Positions 28,881 to 37,558 of a stretch of DNA of 64,000 bases are shown here, one piece after another. Below the pieces are notes generated by a model. It worked only from the letters and a program-made list of their open reading frames with translations. It made no database searches and was not told the origin of the DNA. The translations under genes and the position numbers were made by a program. Source of the DNA: a virus (taxonomy: Duplodnaviria; Caudoviricetes); IMG/VR virus record IMGVR_UViG_2816332336_000005, positions 1 through 64,000 of that record, one strand, 5' to 3'. How positions within the stretch are numbered: the stretch's first letter is position 1; every line of letters starts with the position of its first letter.

Positions 28881-29804
28881 TTAATCATCAAAGTAAGGAA
28901 CTATTGTGCTTCGACAATGCGGATGTAATGGTGGCTGGTTCACTCCGGGTACAGCATCTTGAATATTGAATATCTTTCCATCCATATTCTTGCATATCTC
29001 AGAAGTACGTCGGTCCATAGCAGCAATGTACTCATACTTTTTCAAACCTAATCCACTGAAACTATCAACTTGTGCTTGATTATCAAAATAGTTTGTTTCT
29101 GTTCGAACGACTCGTACAGCATTTTTGTAAGAAGAGTCCATGATCCTACTAATATTTTTTGCTACCTTTTTCACACTACCACCACGAATAGCAGAACGGA
29201 CAATCTCCTCATTCAATACACTTTTTAGCTTGGCTGTATCATCCCATATACGCTCTGAAAAGTTAGCTCCTGACCACTTATATTGGAGAATGGAATTGAT
29301 CTTCGCCTCATCTAAGCTGTAAGCTGGCGTTTTAATCCCCATAGCCTTAGCAACGTCAGAAGCACTGTCTTTATATACTTCTTTATAGGTCTGTGATAGG
29401 TGTAATTTTGTTTCTTTGCTGTTTTTAAGTGCTAGTTGAGACAATCGTTCGCTCAAATGGGCTTGAATACTAGTTAAGCGAATAACTTTGGCTGGGTCCC
29501 ACTCAGGAAAGAAGCGTTCTACCATCTCCTCAGTGACTTCCCCACCCTTGATAAGCTTTTCTGTGTTATCTTTTACAAATTGATAGAAGCCTTCCCTATC
29601 AAGAGCGCTTAACTTCTTCATAAGAGATTGATAGGTTAGTCCGAATCTAGCAGCGTATGACTCTAAATCCTTCATCACTTGCCTATAAGCTTGTTCGTAG
29701 TTCTTTTTCAATGTTCTTTCAAGAGTATCTGCTCGTTTATAGACCTTTTCAGCCCTCTGTTCTGCCCTTTGTATCCAATAATCTTTCCCCATTGCTGTTT
29801 TCAC
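28881..29804 (-). CDS. Minor capsid/head morphogenesis protein (SPP1 gp7-like)
   Basis: 'FSERIW', 'VRTET', 'PPLHPHCRST'. Confidence 0.9.
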   Translation of the reverse strand: MKTAMGKDYWIQRAEQRAEKVYKRADTLERTLKKNYEQAYRQVMKDLESYAARFGLTYQSLMKKLSALDREGFYQFVKDNTEKLIKGGEVTEEMVERFFPEWDPAKVIRLTSIQAHLSERLSQLALKNSKETKLHLSQTYKEVYKDSASDVAKAMGIKTPAYSLDEAKINSILQYKWSGANFSERIWDDTAKLKSVLNEEIVRSAIRGGSVKKVAKNISRIMDSSYKNAVRVVRTETNYFDNQAQVDSFSGLGLKKYEYIAAMDRRTSEICKNMDGKIFNIQDAVPGVNQPPLHPHCRSTIVPYFDD

Positions 29805-31119
29805 CGCCTAAATTGTAATCTAACGGTTGGATAGCGTTCCTTTGCTCCTCTTCTAAGGTCTCTTGTTCTTGTTTCGCATCCTGAACAAAAGGTAATTGGG
29901 AAAGTAAGGTCTGATTAGAAACGACACCCACAAGCTTTTCTATCATTTGGGACAATTCCATAAGGTTTTGCGGAACGTTTTCAGTGAAATGGACCTTAAC
30001 AGCTAGTTGATTAAACGTTCCTGAACCTGTCATTTGCATATAGTTAGCTAAATGCCAAAGACGTTCTAGCAATCCACGCTTAAACATACGGGCCTTTTGT
30101 CCACGAACCTGCTCTAATGCAAGCAATTTGTATTTGATAGCTACTCCAGATAGGTTTCCGCCAAAATTTTGATCTGTCATATCCGGTACAAACGAAAACT
30201 TATGGATGTCTTCTTTCAACCTGTCCTTGATGCTACTGCTATAAGAGTCATTTACACTTTTGATAAGCCACTCAGCTTCTCCGTCATCATCCAGCAGAAG
30301 AATCTTGTTTTTCTTCATATCGTCAACGTCATCTTGATTTGTTCCAGACATATTTTTAAGGACCAGAAATGCATCTGTGAAATCTCTTAAATCATCTACA
30401 GAAGCAGACACAGCTTGGTTATAGGAATCTATCAAAGACATGACACTTTCAAAGTCCCCAAGCTCAAATTCATTGTTTTTATACTCGATTATGGGGAGTG
30501 TCTTAAAATTATGCGCCTTACTCTGACCTTCAGTATAGGCATAACTCTCATAATCTTTGCTTGCTACATCTGTATGTGCAATATAGGTATAACGTTTGAC
30601 TTCACGTTCGTCGTACAGGTCCATACGAATTTCTAACTTATCATCCTTCAATGGCGATTCACTGAATACAATCGCTTCGGTAATAGTCGGTTTAACCTTT
30701 CCGTCCGTTAAGACAATGACGTTTCGTGGGTCCAGATCAACAAAGTTAAACTCACCTTTATCATCCAGGTAACACAATTCATAAGCTTTGCCATAGATAG
30801 AACAAGAAAGAGCTAAGTTATAGTTCACCGTCTCCTCATCGTTCCACTCTAGGATTTCAGCAGCTTTATCGAAAACTTCTTTCTCCGCACTTGTGTAGCT
30901 AACTGGATTACCCATGAAATATCCTGTGGACATGGTAGAAATATAACGAGCATAGTTGTTTACTGCTTTGGTATCCTTTTTCTCGCCCTTGTCATCACGA
31001 TCTTTTTTGTTCAAAATCTCATGTTTTCCAACAAAATAATCATGTAACAATTGCAAGCGTGGTAGTTCTTTTCGTTTAAACTTTTCGTATAACTTTCGAG
31101 CTTCATCAAATGTAAGCAA
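29749..31119 (-). CDS. Portal protein (SPP1 gp6-like)
   Basis: 'GYFMGNPV', 'FGGNLSGVAIKYKL'. Confidence 0.92.
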   Translation of the reverse strand: MLTFDEARKLYEKFKRKELPRLQLLHDYFVGKHEILNKKDRDDKGEKKDTKAVNNYARYISTMSTGYFMGNPVSYTSAEKEVFDKAAEILEWNDEETVNYNLALSCSIYGKAYELCYLDDKGEFNFVDLDPRNVIVLTDGKVKPTITEAIVFSESPLKDDKLEIRMDLYDEREVKRYTYIAHTDVASKDYESYAYTEGQSKAHNFKTLPIIEYKNNEFELGDFESVMSLIDSYNQAVSASVDDLRDFTDAFLVLKNMSGTNQDDVDDMKKNKILLLDDDGEAEWLIKSVNDSYSSSIKDRLKEDIHKFSFVPDMTDQNFGGNLSGVAIKYKLLALEQVRGQKARMFKRGLLERLWHLANYMQMTGSGTFNQLAVKVHFTENVPQNLMELSQMIEKLVGVVSNQTLLSQLPFVQDAKQEQETLEEEQRNAIQPLDYNLGGENSNGERLLDTKGRTEG

Positions 31120-31131
31120 AGTCTCACCTCC

Positions 31132-32409
31132 TTATAATCCAAGTGCTTTTTTACTAAGAGTTCTCAAAGACTTATCGACAATGTAACTTTCCATTGAATA
31201 TCTCCATGCATCCATTAGATGGTTGAAATCATCGACAGGTGTATTAAGTCTCTTACCTGTCTTCTTATCTGTGTCGTAAATGTAGTTGTTGATCTCTTTG
31301 ATAAAGTTGATACAGCGCGGATGGATAATAACCTCAAAGTCTTGTAGAAACTGCACACCATTGTTTACAGAGTCTTTACCCTTGCGAGCGCCTTTAATTC
31401 TCCGTATTCCTAAGCTTTTTATCTCATCAATACTCTTAGGTTCCGAAGAATCAGCAATAATACGCTCTTTTGCATACCCTTTCCTCTCTAGCATTTGAGC
31501 AATGCGTTTATTACTCATACCTTGTTCATAATGCTCATCGAAGATATAGATTAAGTTGTTTTTCAGATCGAATAACGAACAACACAAAGCTGTAGGGTCA
31601 TTTTTGTAACCGAAATCAAGACCAAACGCACTTTCAAATCCTTTTTGACCTCGGATGTCCTCAATGTCAAAGTCGCGGACCTGAAATTTCTCGTAAACTA
31701 GTCCATCAGCTACGCCCCATTCCCCGTCACAAACAATTCGAGCGCGTCTAGGGTTCTTGGTATACAAACTCTCATAACGCGCTCTGTCTTGGTCATCCAG
31801 CCACTCATTGACCTTATATGTGGTTGTAATAGCGAAGGTATCGTATGCTTGCGTTTCCTCATCAAAAAAATAAGCCTTTAGCCAATGGTTTTCCGACCAA
31901 GGGTTAAAGGTTACGGTTATCTGCTTGAAAAAGTCGGGAGCTGGATGGGAGCCACGGATAGACTCAACGACAGTTTCGAACTTATGTTGATCTTCAATTT
32001 CATAAGCTTCTTCAAACCATGCCCACGATAAGACACCAACGTCTACTGTGATTGAAGTAATCTTCAATGGATCGTCTAACCCTCGAAATAATATCTTCTG
32101 TCCAGTAGGCTTGTAGGTGATCTCTGGCAAGGATTCGTTGAATTTGAACAGGTCCTTAACCCCTAATTTGTGTATGGCCCATTTAAGATCAGTGAAACAA
32201 GACTGTTTCAACGTGTTAGAAAACCGTCGGACAACCAAGATATTTCCCCAAGGATATTTCATGATGCGGTATATGAGGTTTAGAGCCGTTGTTTTAGACT
32301 TTTTCGAACCACGGGAACCCTTGACTACCCTATAGAAGTTTTTGCGATTCCAGAACCGATTATAGCCTCCTCCGATCAACTCTTTTACGCTAATCTTCAT
32401 CAGGAACAT
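31132..32409 (-). CDS. terL: Terminase large subunit (PBSX family)
   Basis: Walker A-like 'KGSRGSKKS', 'WFEEA', 'GLDFGY..DP', 'NHLMDAWRY'. Confidence 0.95.
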   Translation of the reverse strand: MFLMKISVKELIGGGYNRFWNRKNFYRVVKGSRGSKKSKTTALNLIYRIMKYPWGNILVVRRFSNTLKQSCFTDLKWAIHKLGVKDLFKFNESLPEITYKPTGQKILFRGLDDPLKITSITVDVGVLSWAWFEEAYEIEDQHKFETVVESIRGSHPAPDFFKQITVTFNPWSENHWLKAYFFDEETQAYDTFAITTTYKVNEWLDDQDRARYESLYTKNPRRARIVCDGEWGVADGLVYEKFQVRDFDIEDIRGQKGFESAFGLDFGYKNDPTALCCSLFDLKNNLIYIFDEHYEQGMSNKRIAQMLERKGYAKERIIADSSEPKSIDEIKSLGIRRIKGARKGKDSVNNGVQFLQDFEVIIHPRCINFIKEINNYIYDTDKKTGKRLNTPVDDFNHLMDAWRYSMESYIVDKSLRTLSKKALGL

Positions 32410-32824
32410 CCTCTACAAAGGTCGGAATTGTTAGTTCTATCTGTTGTTTCTCTGTCCAAAGTAGATAACGTTTACCTAGTAGTTCAGCAGCCTGATTGCG
32501 TTCTTTGAAGAACGGAAACACTTTCTTAGGTTTCGTTTTCAAATTACCTTCATCATCGTAGTATTCAATTTCAATCTCGGCTGCTTCTCCACGCAAAACG
32601 CTTGTGAGATATTCTAAAACTTCATCTTGCGAAGCAATACGGTCCTTTTCCTTTTGGGACATTCGTTCTTGAACATACTGCCGGATATTAGGTTTTCTTA
32701 GGTTTTCTACCCCGATTACAGAAGCTGTCTTATCGCTATACCCTGCCTTCCTAGCCGCCTCTGTTGCATTACCTGTCTGAATATAATAATCTGCGAAAGC
32801 TTGTTGTTTCGGTGTTAATTTCAT
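32390..32824 (-). CDS. terS: Terminase small subunit
   Basis: 'LTPKQQAFADYY..GNATEAARKAGYS', 'AAELLGK'. Confidence 0.93.
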   Translation of the reverse strand: MKLTPKQQAFADYYIQTGNATEAARKAGYSDKTASVIGVENLRKPNIRQYVQERMSQKEKDRIASQDEVLEYLTSVLRGEAAEIEIEYYDDEGNLKTKPKKVFPFFKERNQAAELLGKRYLLWTEKQQIELTIPTFVEDVPDED

Positions 32825-32884
32825 TTACATCACCACCACCACCCGTAAATAAAAAAGCACCACTGTGGGTGCTTTTAAGTTGCG

Positions 32885-33193
32885 TTACTTTCGTTCGTAG
32901 AGACCATCGACAACGATATCGTAATCTTCCAATAATGATTCAAGCGTATAGATTTTTAGTGGAGCTTTTCCAGACTTAATGTTTTCGATTGCGGTTTTAA
33001 GCAAGTCTGTAGGATATCTCCCAATAAATTCACCCTTATGTTCAGATAAATATTGTTCATCTAATATATGACTATAAGAAAACTCAACAATTGCATTTAC
33101 CAAAACTAATTTTTGTTCATGTTGCTCCATTACAAAGTAGTAATTCCCATACTTATCTGTAATTAAATCTCCGCGTTTCTTAAAATCGATCAC
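32885..33193 (-). CDS. Hypothetical low-GC moron between late regulator and terS
   Basis: RBS GGGAGGTGA, AT-rich promoter region, own terminator at ~32851-32877. Confidence 0.65.
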   Translation of the reverse strand: MIDFKKRGDLITDKYGNYYFVMEQHEQKLVLVNAIVEFSYSHILDEQYLSEHKGEFIGRYPTDLLKTAIENIKSGKAPLKIYTLESLLEDYDIVVDGLYERK

Positions 33194-33340
33194 GTAATCA
33201 CCTCCCTTTCCTATACCATTTTGAATGAAATGTTAATATTTGTCTACAAATTGTTAATTACTATATTAGAACTCTTCATTTTTTTCTAAACGTTTTTTAC
33301 CCTTCTACTTATAGTGGGCTTTCGTATGACAAAAAAGAGC

Positions 33341-33850
33341 CTATCCGACAAGGAATAGGCTTGAAACTACACGATTTGCAATTTTATTTTGTGCCCGTGT
33401 TACCAGTGTTTGAACACTACTCTTCGAAATACACAAAAATCTAGCCGTTTCCTCAAATGAAAATCCTTCACCGTGGGTAAGTATATAGCACTCTCTTTCT
33501 CTAGCTGATAGGCAACACAACGCATCCTCTAGCTGTTCTTTTTCCCACTCTGTAAGGTTGCAAGGACTACCTGCCGTGCCTCTATAAACAAATGCCTGCA
33601 TTCTTAATGGATCTACTGGCTTTTCTCTTTCATAGGCTGCTCTTCTCTCAATCCCCCGTTTACTCTCTGGTCTACGTCCTGTCTCCAGCCATTCAATTAC
33701 ATACTCTACATCGCTAATCATTTCAGAGAGGTAGCGTCTTTCCGAATCATCAAGAACTGCCTCTGTTGCTCTCAGATCAGCGTATGCTTTTTTCAATTTC
33801 TTTCTTGTCTCTCTATACTCTTTTAAAAGTTCTTGCATTGTGTTCATCAA
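33341..33850 (-). CDS. Late-gene activator, sigma70 region 4 HTH (Xpf/positive control factor-like)
   Basis: 'MISDVEYVIEWLETGRRP', 'LSARERECY...GFSFEETA...SKSSVQT'. Confidence 0.85.
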   Translation of the reverse strand: MMNTMQELLKEYRETRKKLKKAYADLRATEAVLDDSERRYLSEMISDVEYVIEWLETGRRPESKRGIERRAAYEREKPVDPLRMQAFVYRGTAGSPCNLTEWEKEQLEDALCCLSARERECYILTHGEGFSFEETARFLCISKSSVQTLVTRAQNKIANRVVSSLFLVG

Positions 33851-33934
33851 TCATTCCCCCTCACCATCTGCTCATGGTATAATAGTTTTACCGAACGTAT
33901 ATTCCATGGCTTCCGATGAGGGAGCTTTTTTGTT

Positions 33935-34270
33935 TTATAAATAAGGCTTAATATCCACGCCTTTAGCTTTTAGATAGGTTAGGGTTACTGCTGTAGGTAA
34001 ATGGATGTGACTCGCAACATGTGTAAAGGAATTATGTTTACCTAAATCAACTCCGCATAGTACTAAATTCAATTTATCGTGCGTAGTGATTTCAAAACGA
34101 ATACCATCTTTCTTTGCCTCTTCTATCAACAGCAGCATTCCCTCACCGGTAGAATCAAAGGAAAACAACTCTTTATCATAGTGATACCTTTCTTGTGGAT
34201 CGTACCAATACAATCCTGTATCCCTCCATCCCAAGCACTCAGCCACTTTAGCGTCAATCTCTCTACTCAT
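33935..34270 (-). CDS. Phage ABA-sandwich-like protein
   Basis: 'REIDAKVAECLGW' start and 'PTAVTLTYLKAKGV' end. Confidence 0.5.
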   Translation of the reverse strand: MSREIDAKVAECLGWRDTGLYWYDPQERYHYDKELFSFDSTGEGMLLLIEEAKKDGIRFEITTHDKLNLVLCGVDLGKHNSFTHVASHIHLPTAVTLTYLKAKGVDIKPYL

Positions 34271-34689
34271 TGGCTGCCACCATTCCTTTTCTGAAGCTTA
34301 CGATAAAATTCTGCGTTTCCGAAACCCGTCACATCCTTGAAGTCAAATAATTGTTGGCATGAAGGGCAATAAGGCAGCATTTTTCCCTTTTGATAAGACT
34401 GTTCAAGGTTTTTAAACAAAACTGAATGTGGCTTTTCTTTGAACCATTGCAATCTTTGCTCTTCCATGAGTCTATGCTGATAATTCAAGTGATCGTAGTG
34501 TTTTGCCATATCCAACATTGCTTCAAATGGATCTACAACCATGCCACACTCGCAAGTGATTTCACGATTAACCGTATCTACGGTGTATTTACGGAATTCA
34601 CAAGTGCATTTTCGTTCTTTATTGCGTTCAAGCCGGATAAAATTGAGCTGGATAAGTTTGTCAGATTGGTTCTCACTCACTCTGTTCAT
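34267..34689 (-). CDS. Hypothetical Cys-rich phage protein
   Basis: CTC, CECG and CPSC motifs; RBS GGGAGG. Confidence 0.65.
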   Translation of the reverse strand: MNRVSENQSDKLIQLNFIRLERNKERKCTCEFRKYTVDTVNREITCECGMVVDPFEAMLDMAKHYDHLNYQHRLMEEQRLQWFKEKPHSVLFKNLEQSYQKGKMLPYCPSCQQLFDFKDVTGFGNAEFYRKLQKRNGGSQ

Positions 34690-34918
34690 TGGCTTCCTCC
34701 CGAAGTTCAAGATTTACTTTTTGTAAAAACTCCGTTGAAAATGATCCACTAAAACCTTCCAAGAAAATTGAACAATAATCATGACCTTTGCGCCTAAAAG
34801 CGTCAGTCTTGCAAGTCCAAATTCTCCCGTAATTATTTGGATTCTGAGCTTCTATGCAAGTGTGCATAACCACTAGATCACCTTTTTTTAACGTAGATAA
34901 TGGATTTTCAATAGACAT
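34673..34918 (-). CDS. Hypothetical SH3-like small phage protein
   Basis: Start set at MSIENPL after GGAGGG; 'LKKGDLVVMHTC.EA...LEGFSGSF'. Confidence 0.65.
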   Translation of the reverse strand: MSIENPLSTLKKGDLVVMHTCIEAQNPNNYGRIWTCKTDAFRRKGHDYCSIFLEGFSGSFSTEFLQKVNLELREEANEQSE

Positions 34919-34946
34919 GATTTCCCTCCACATAAGCAATGTTTTG

Positions 34947-35213
34947 TTAAACTGTTTCGCCTCTGCGCCTTTGCATTTCTTCGAACACGACCCTGATATC
35001 CAACTTTGGTTGTTGGAACTCAAGCTGACTTATATCCTTCACAGCAAAGCGATGATGTGAGCCTTGTACAGTCGAGAGCTTCATATACGCGTCGTTTTCT
35101 TTACTGACCATCATCTGGAAGAATTTATCGTGATTTGTTTGGTACACATCCCACATGAATATCAAGAGGCTTTCCAGTGACTGGATATAATCTTCTTGGC
35201 TAATACCTTCCAT
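34947..35213 (-). CDS. Hypothetical cassette ORF (88 aa)
   Basis: RBS GGGAGGG; bounded by repeats on both sides. Confidence 0.7.
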   Translation of the reverse strand: MEGISQEDYIQSLESLLIFMWDVYQTNHDKFFQMMVSKENDAYMKLSTVQGSHHRFAVKDISQLEFQQPKLDIRVVFEEMQRRRGETV

Positions 35214-35256
35214 CTGTTCTCCCTCCCATTTAACAAATCGTATGTTTAATTAAATT

Positions 35257-35445
35257 TCAGTCCTCTTCTTCAATCTGAGCGCCAATGCCATCGCACAGCA
35301 AAAAGTCACATAGAATCTCAAAATCCCCACTGGCTACAACCATTTCCCACTCTTCGCCTTCATATCCATATTCATCCGAAAGAGTAGTTACAACACGATC
35401 AAATCTTGTAAACTCAAACTCACCACAATTAATGATTAAGTTCAT
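35257..35445 (-). CDS. Hypothetical acidic cassette ORF (62 aa)
   Basis: RBS GGGAGGT; bounded by repeats; very D/E-rich. Confidence 0.7.
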   Translation of the reverse strand: MNLIINCGEFEFTRFDRVVTTLSDEYGYEGEEWEMVVASGDFEILCDFLLCDGIGAQIEEED

Positions 35446-35481
35446 ACTCTATACCTCCCATTTCCAAATCGTGTTTTGTAT

Positions 35482-35691
35482 TTAGTTCTCATCTGGCGAG
35501 CAATCTGGGCAGCATTCATGTTCTTCGCATGTGCATGCACTTAATAAGCCGTTTTCTTTCATGATCTGTTTCGTCCTATTGCAATGGTTGCATGGCTCTT
35601 TATGTGTTTCTTCGATATAAGGGAAATGCAGTGAGACAATCCCTGTATTTTCAACTGTATAGCCCAGCCCTCCGCAGTGCTGACAAACCAT
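35482..35691 (-). CDS. Hypothetical Cys-rich cassette ORF (69 aa)
   Basis: CxxCxGxG, CxxC and CCxxC motifs; RBS GGAGGGG; bounded by repeats. Confidence 0.7.
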   Translation of the reverse strand: MVCQHCGGLGYTVENTGIVSLHFPYIEETHKEPCNHCNRTKQIMKENGLLSACTCEEHECCPDCSPDEN

Positions 35692-35729
35692 ACTGTCCCC
35701 TCCATTTACAAATCGTGTGTTTTGTTAAA

Positions 35730-35924
35730 TCACAACATTATGAAAATAGGATCATCAGGAAAGTATTCAGAGTATTGTTCTAACAGTAACTTTTCTATCT
35801 CTGGCTTCTCCCATAGTCCAAACCCACGTTCATCTGATTCTGAACCATCAATAGTAAGCATTTCTATTCCACCTACTATGACCCTTATACAATCCTCTCC
35901 ATCAATCCGCCATTCTACTTTCAA
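35730..35924 (-). CDS. Hypothetical acidic cassette ORF (64 aa)
   Basis: RBS GGGGGAG; bounded by repeats. Confidence 0.65.
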   Translation of the reverse strand: MKVEWRIDGEDCIRVIVGGIEMLTIDGSESDERGFGLWEKPEIEKLLLEQYSEYFPDDPIFIML

Positions 35925-35969
35925 AGCACTCTCCCCCCATTTAACAGATCGTGTGTGCCGTGTTAATAA

Positions 35970-36230
35970 TTAGAAACCGCCATGTACTATGAGCTCTCCT
36001 GTGAGTTTGTTTATTTCTACATACACATAGTTTTCAGACAAAGTTTGCACTGTTTCATACGTAATTTCTTCATTGCAATGAGGGCATTTTTCCAAACGGA
36101 AATCTGTAACTTCCCATCCAACCCATTTCTTTTTCTCGATCTGTTCATCAAACTCATAAAAAACACCATTGCACACCTTGCATTGCATCTCTTTAGCTGA
36201 TAAAGAAAGAGTTCCTCCTATGTCTTTCAT
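35970..36230 (-). CDS. Hypothetical Zn-ribbon protein (86 aa)
   Basis: CKVC...CPHC; ends at the first repeat. Confidence 0.7.
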   Translation of the reverse strand: MKDIGGTLSLSAKEMQCKVCNGVFYEFDEQIEKKKWVGWEVTDFRLEKCPHCNEEITYETVQTLSENYVYVEINKLTGELIVHGGF

Positions 36231-36256
36231 TGTTTATTTCTCCCCCTTTTGTTCGG

Positions 36257-36646
36257 TCATTGTGATTCCTCCGTCAACTCTGGATTTTCGTAGATATTAC
36301 CGATTACTTCAAGGAATTCGTTGTAATCTCTCAGATCGTCAATATCGGGCCCGTGCCAATCGACAATAATACTTCCACGTGAAAATTCCACCGTTCCTGT
36401 TGCTGGTTCACTCCGACCAAGAACAATATCACCTTCATAAATCTCTTTACCGTTTTTGTCGTGGAGTCCAGTGTATTGCCGTAGAAGAAAGTACGAAGTT
36501 GCTGTATCGCAAATATTTCCCTTTGGCTTGGGTTGAGTATAATCAATTACTCCGCCATATCCATCTTCAATATCTAAATTAAACTCTCTCCATTTCAACA
36601 TACGTTTTTCTTCTGTTAGCCAAGCTTGAAACTTTTTCTCTCGCAT
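36257..36646 (-). CDS. YopX family protein
   Basis: 'QYTGLHDKNGKEIYEGDIV...EVIGNIYENPEL'. Confidence 0.92.
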   Translation of the reverse strand: MREKKFQAWLTEEKRMLKWREFNLDIEDGYGGVIDYTQPKPKGNICDTATSYFLLRQYTGLHDKNGKEIYEGDIVLGRSEPATGTVEFSRGSIIVDWHGPDIDDLRDYNEFLEVIGNIYENPELTEESQ

Positions 36647-36824
36647 CTAGTGCCTCCCATTTAGCTTGAACCTCTGCTAAGCCCTTCTGATAATCTGTAA
36701 GACTGCCCTCTAGTATTCTTCTGGAGTAGTCATACTGCACATTTTTGATATCTTCTTCTAGCTCATGGATGTAATTTTTAAAGTAAGTAATTTGTATAGC
36801 TAATACTGCTTTCTCGTTGTTCAT
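36579..36824 (-). CDS. Hypothetical protein
   Basis: RBS AAAGGAG; lies within the early operon. Confidence 0.55.
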   Translation of the reverse strand: MNNEKAVLAIQITYFKNYIHELEEDIKNVQYDYSRRILEGSLTDYQKGLAEVQAKWEALDAREKVSSLANRRKTYVEMERV

Positions 36825-36826
36825 TT

Positions 36827-37558
36827 CTACGCTCCTTTGAATCCATCGAACATGTTCATCTGACCATTTGCCTCTTCAATTTCCCGAAGCAACTTGCCAC
36901 GCGGTGTCCATCTCTGTAAAAACTCTTTTGCTTTTTCGAAATCTTTAGTTGCAGTGTTCCGGTAAGAGTTAACTGCAAAATATTCCTGGTACTCATTCCA
37001 TGCTGCTTTAAACACTTTGAATACGATTTGTTTATATGCTGGACTTTCCTTACCGCCGATAATTTCCATCACTCTGCGCTTGCAAAGCGAGTTCAAAACT
37101 TGTTGTTGGCTATAATCCACTGTCTTGGTTTGCTCCAAATGAAACACACGATTTTCTATTTCCGATGTTCTTTCCTCGATCTTTTTATCTAGGACAAAAA
37201 TAGCTTGTAATTCTTTGCTCATACCAGCGAATGGATTGCTTATCTGCTTTTCCATTTCTTCAAACTTGGTCACATATGTTGCGGTAAACAGGGTTCCTTT
37301 TTCTCCAGTCATTTTGTTGGCTACCATATCGCAACCTTTACGACTAAGAAGGAAGCACGGTCTTAACTGGTTTTGTTTATCTACATACTCGCTAGGGAGA
37401 AAGAATTCGCCGAGGGAAAAATCTCCCTGAGTTAGATGTTCTGCATAATTTCTAATGGCTTTCATCAAATCGTTATGTGGCCTTTCGATCATCACAGCTA
37501 CCTCTCGGCTGTCTACTAGTAGTTGTCCGTTTTGATTGATTACAGTTAATTGATTCAT
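36827..37558 (-). CDS. Rha family regulator/antirepressor with ORF6C-like C-terminus
   Basis: 'VDSREVA.MI...H..L', 'GCDMVANKMTGEKG..FTATYV..F..ME', 'VNSYRNT'. Confidence 0.88.
   Translation of the reverse strand: MNQLTVINQNGQLLVDSREVAVMIERPHNDLMKAIRNYAEHLTQGDFSLGEFFLPSEYVDKQNQLRPCFLLSRKGCDMVANKMTGEKGTLFTATYVTKFEEMEKQISNPFAGMSKELQAIFVLDKKIEERTSEIENRVFHLEQTKTVDYSQQQVLNSLCKRRVMEIIGGKESPAYKQIVFKVFKAAWNEYQEYFAVNSYRNTATKDFEKAKEFLQRWTPRGKLLREIEEANGQMNMFDGFKGA

Larger units (their letters stand above)
34925..35968 (-). repeat. Five direct ~28-bp dif-like intergenic repeats
   Basis: Copies at 34925-34952, 35228-35255, 35459-35484, 35703-35730 and 35939-35968; minus-strand consensus ATTTAACAAAA-CACACG-ATTTGTTAAAT followed by a G-rich RBS. 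Confidence 0.85.

Noticed and set aside
34925-35968. CRISPR array interpretation of the ~28-bp repeats
   Set aside because: The intervals are 200-275 bp and each contains a full ORF; the repeats are degenerate; no cas genes are present.
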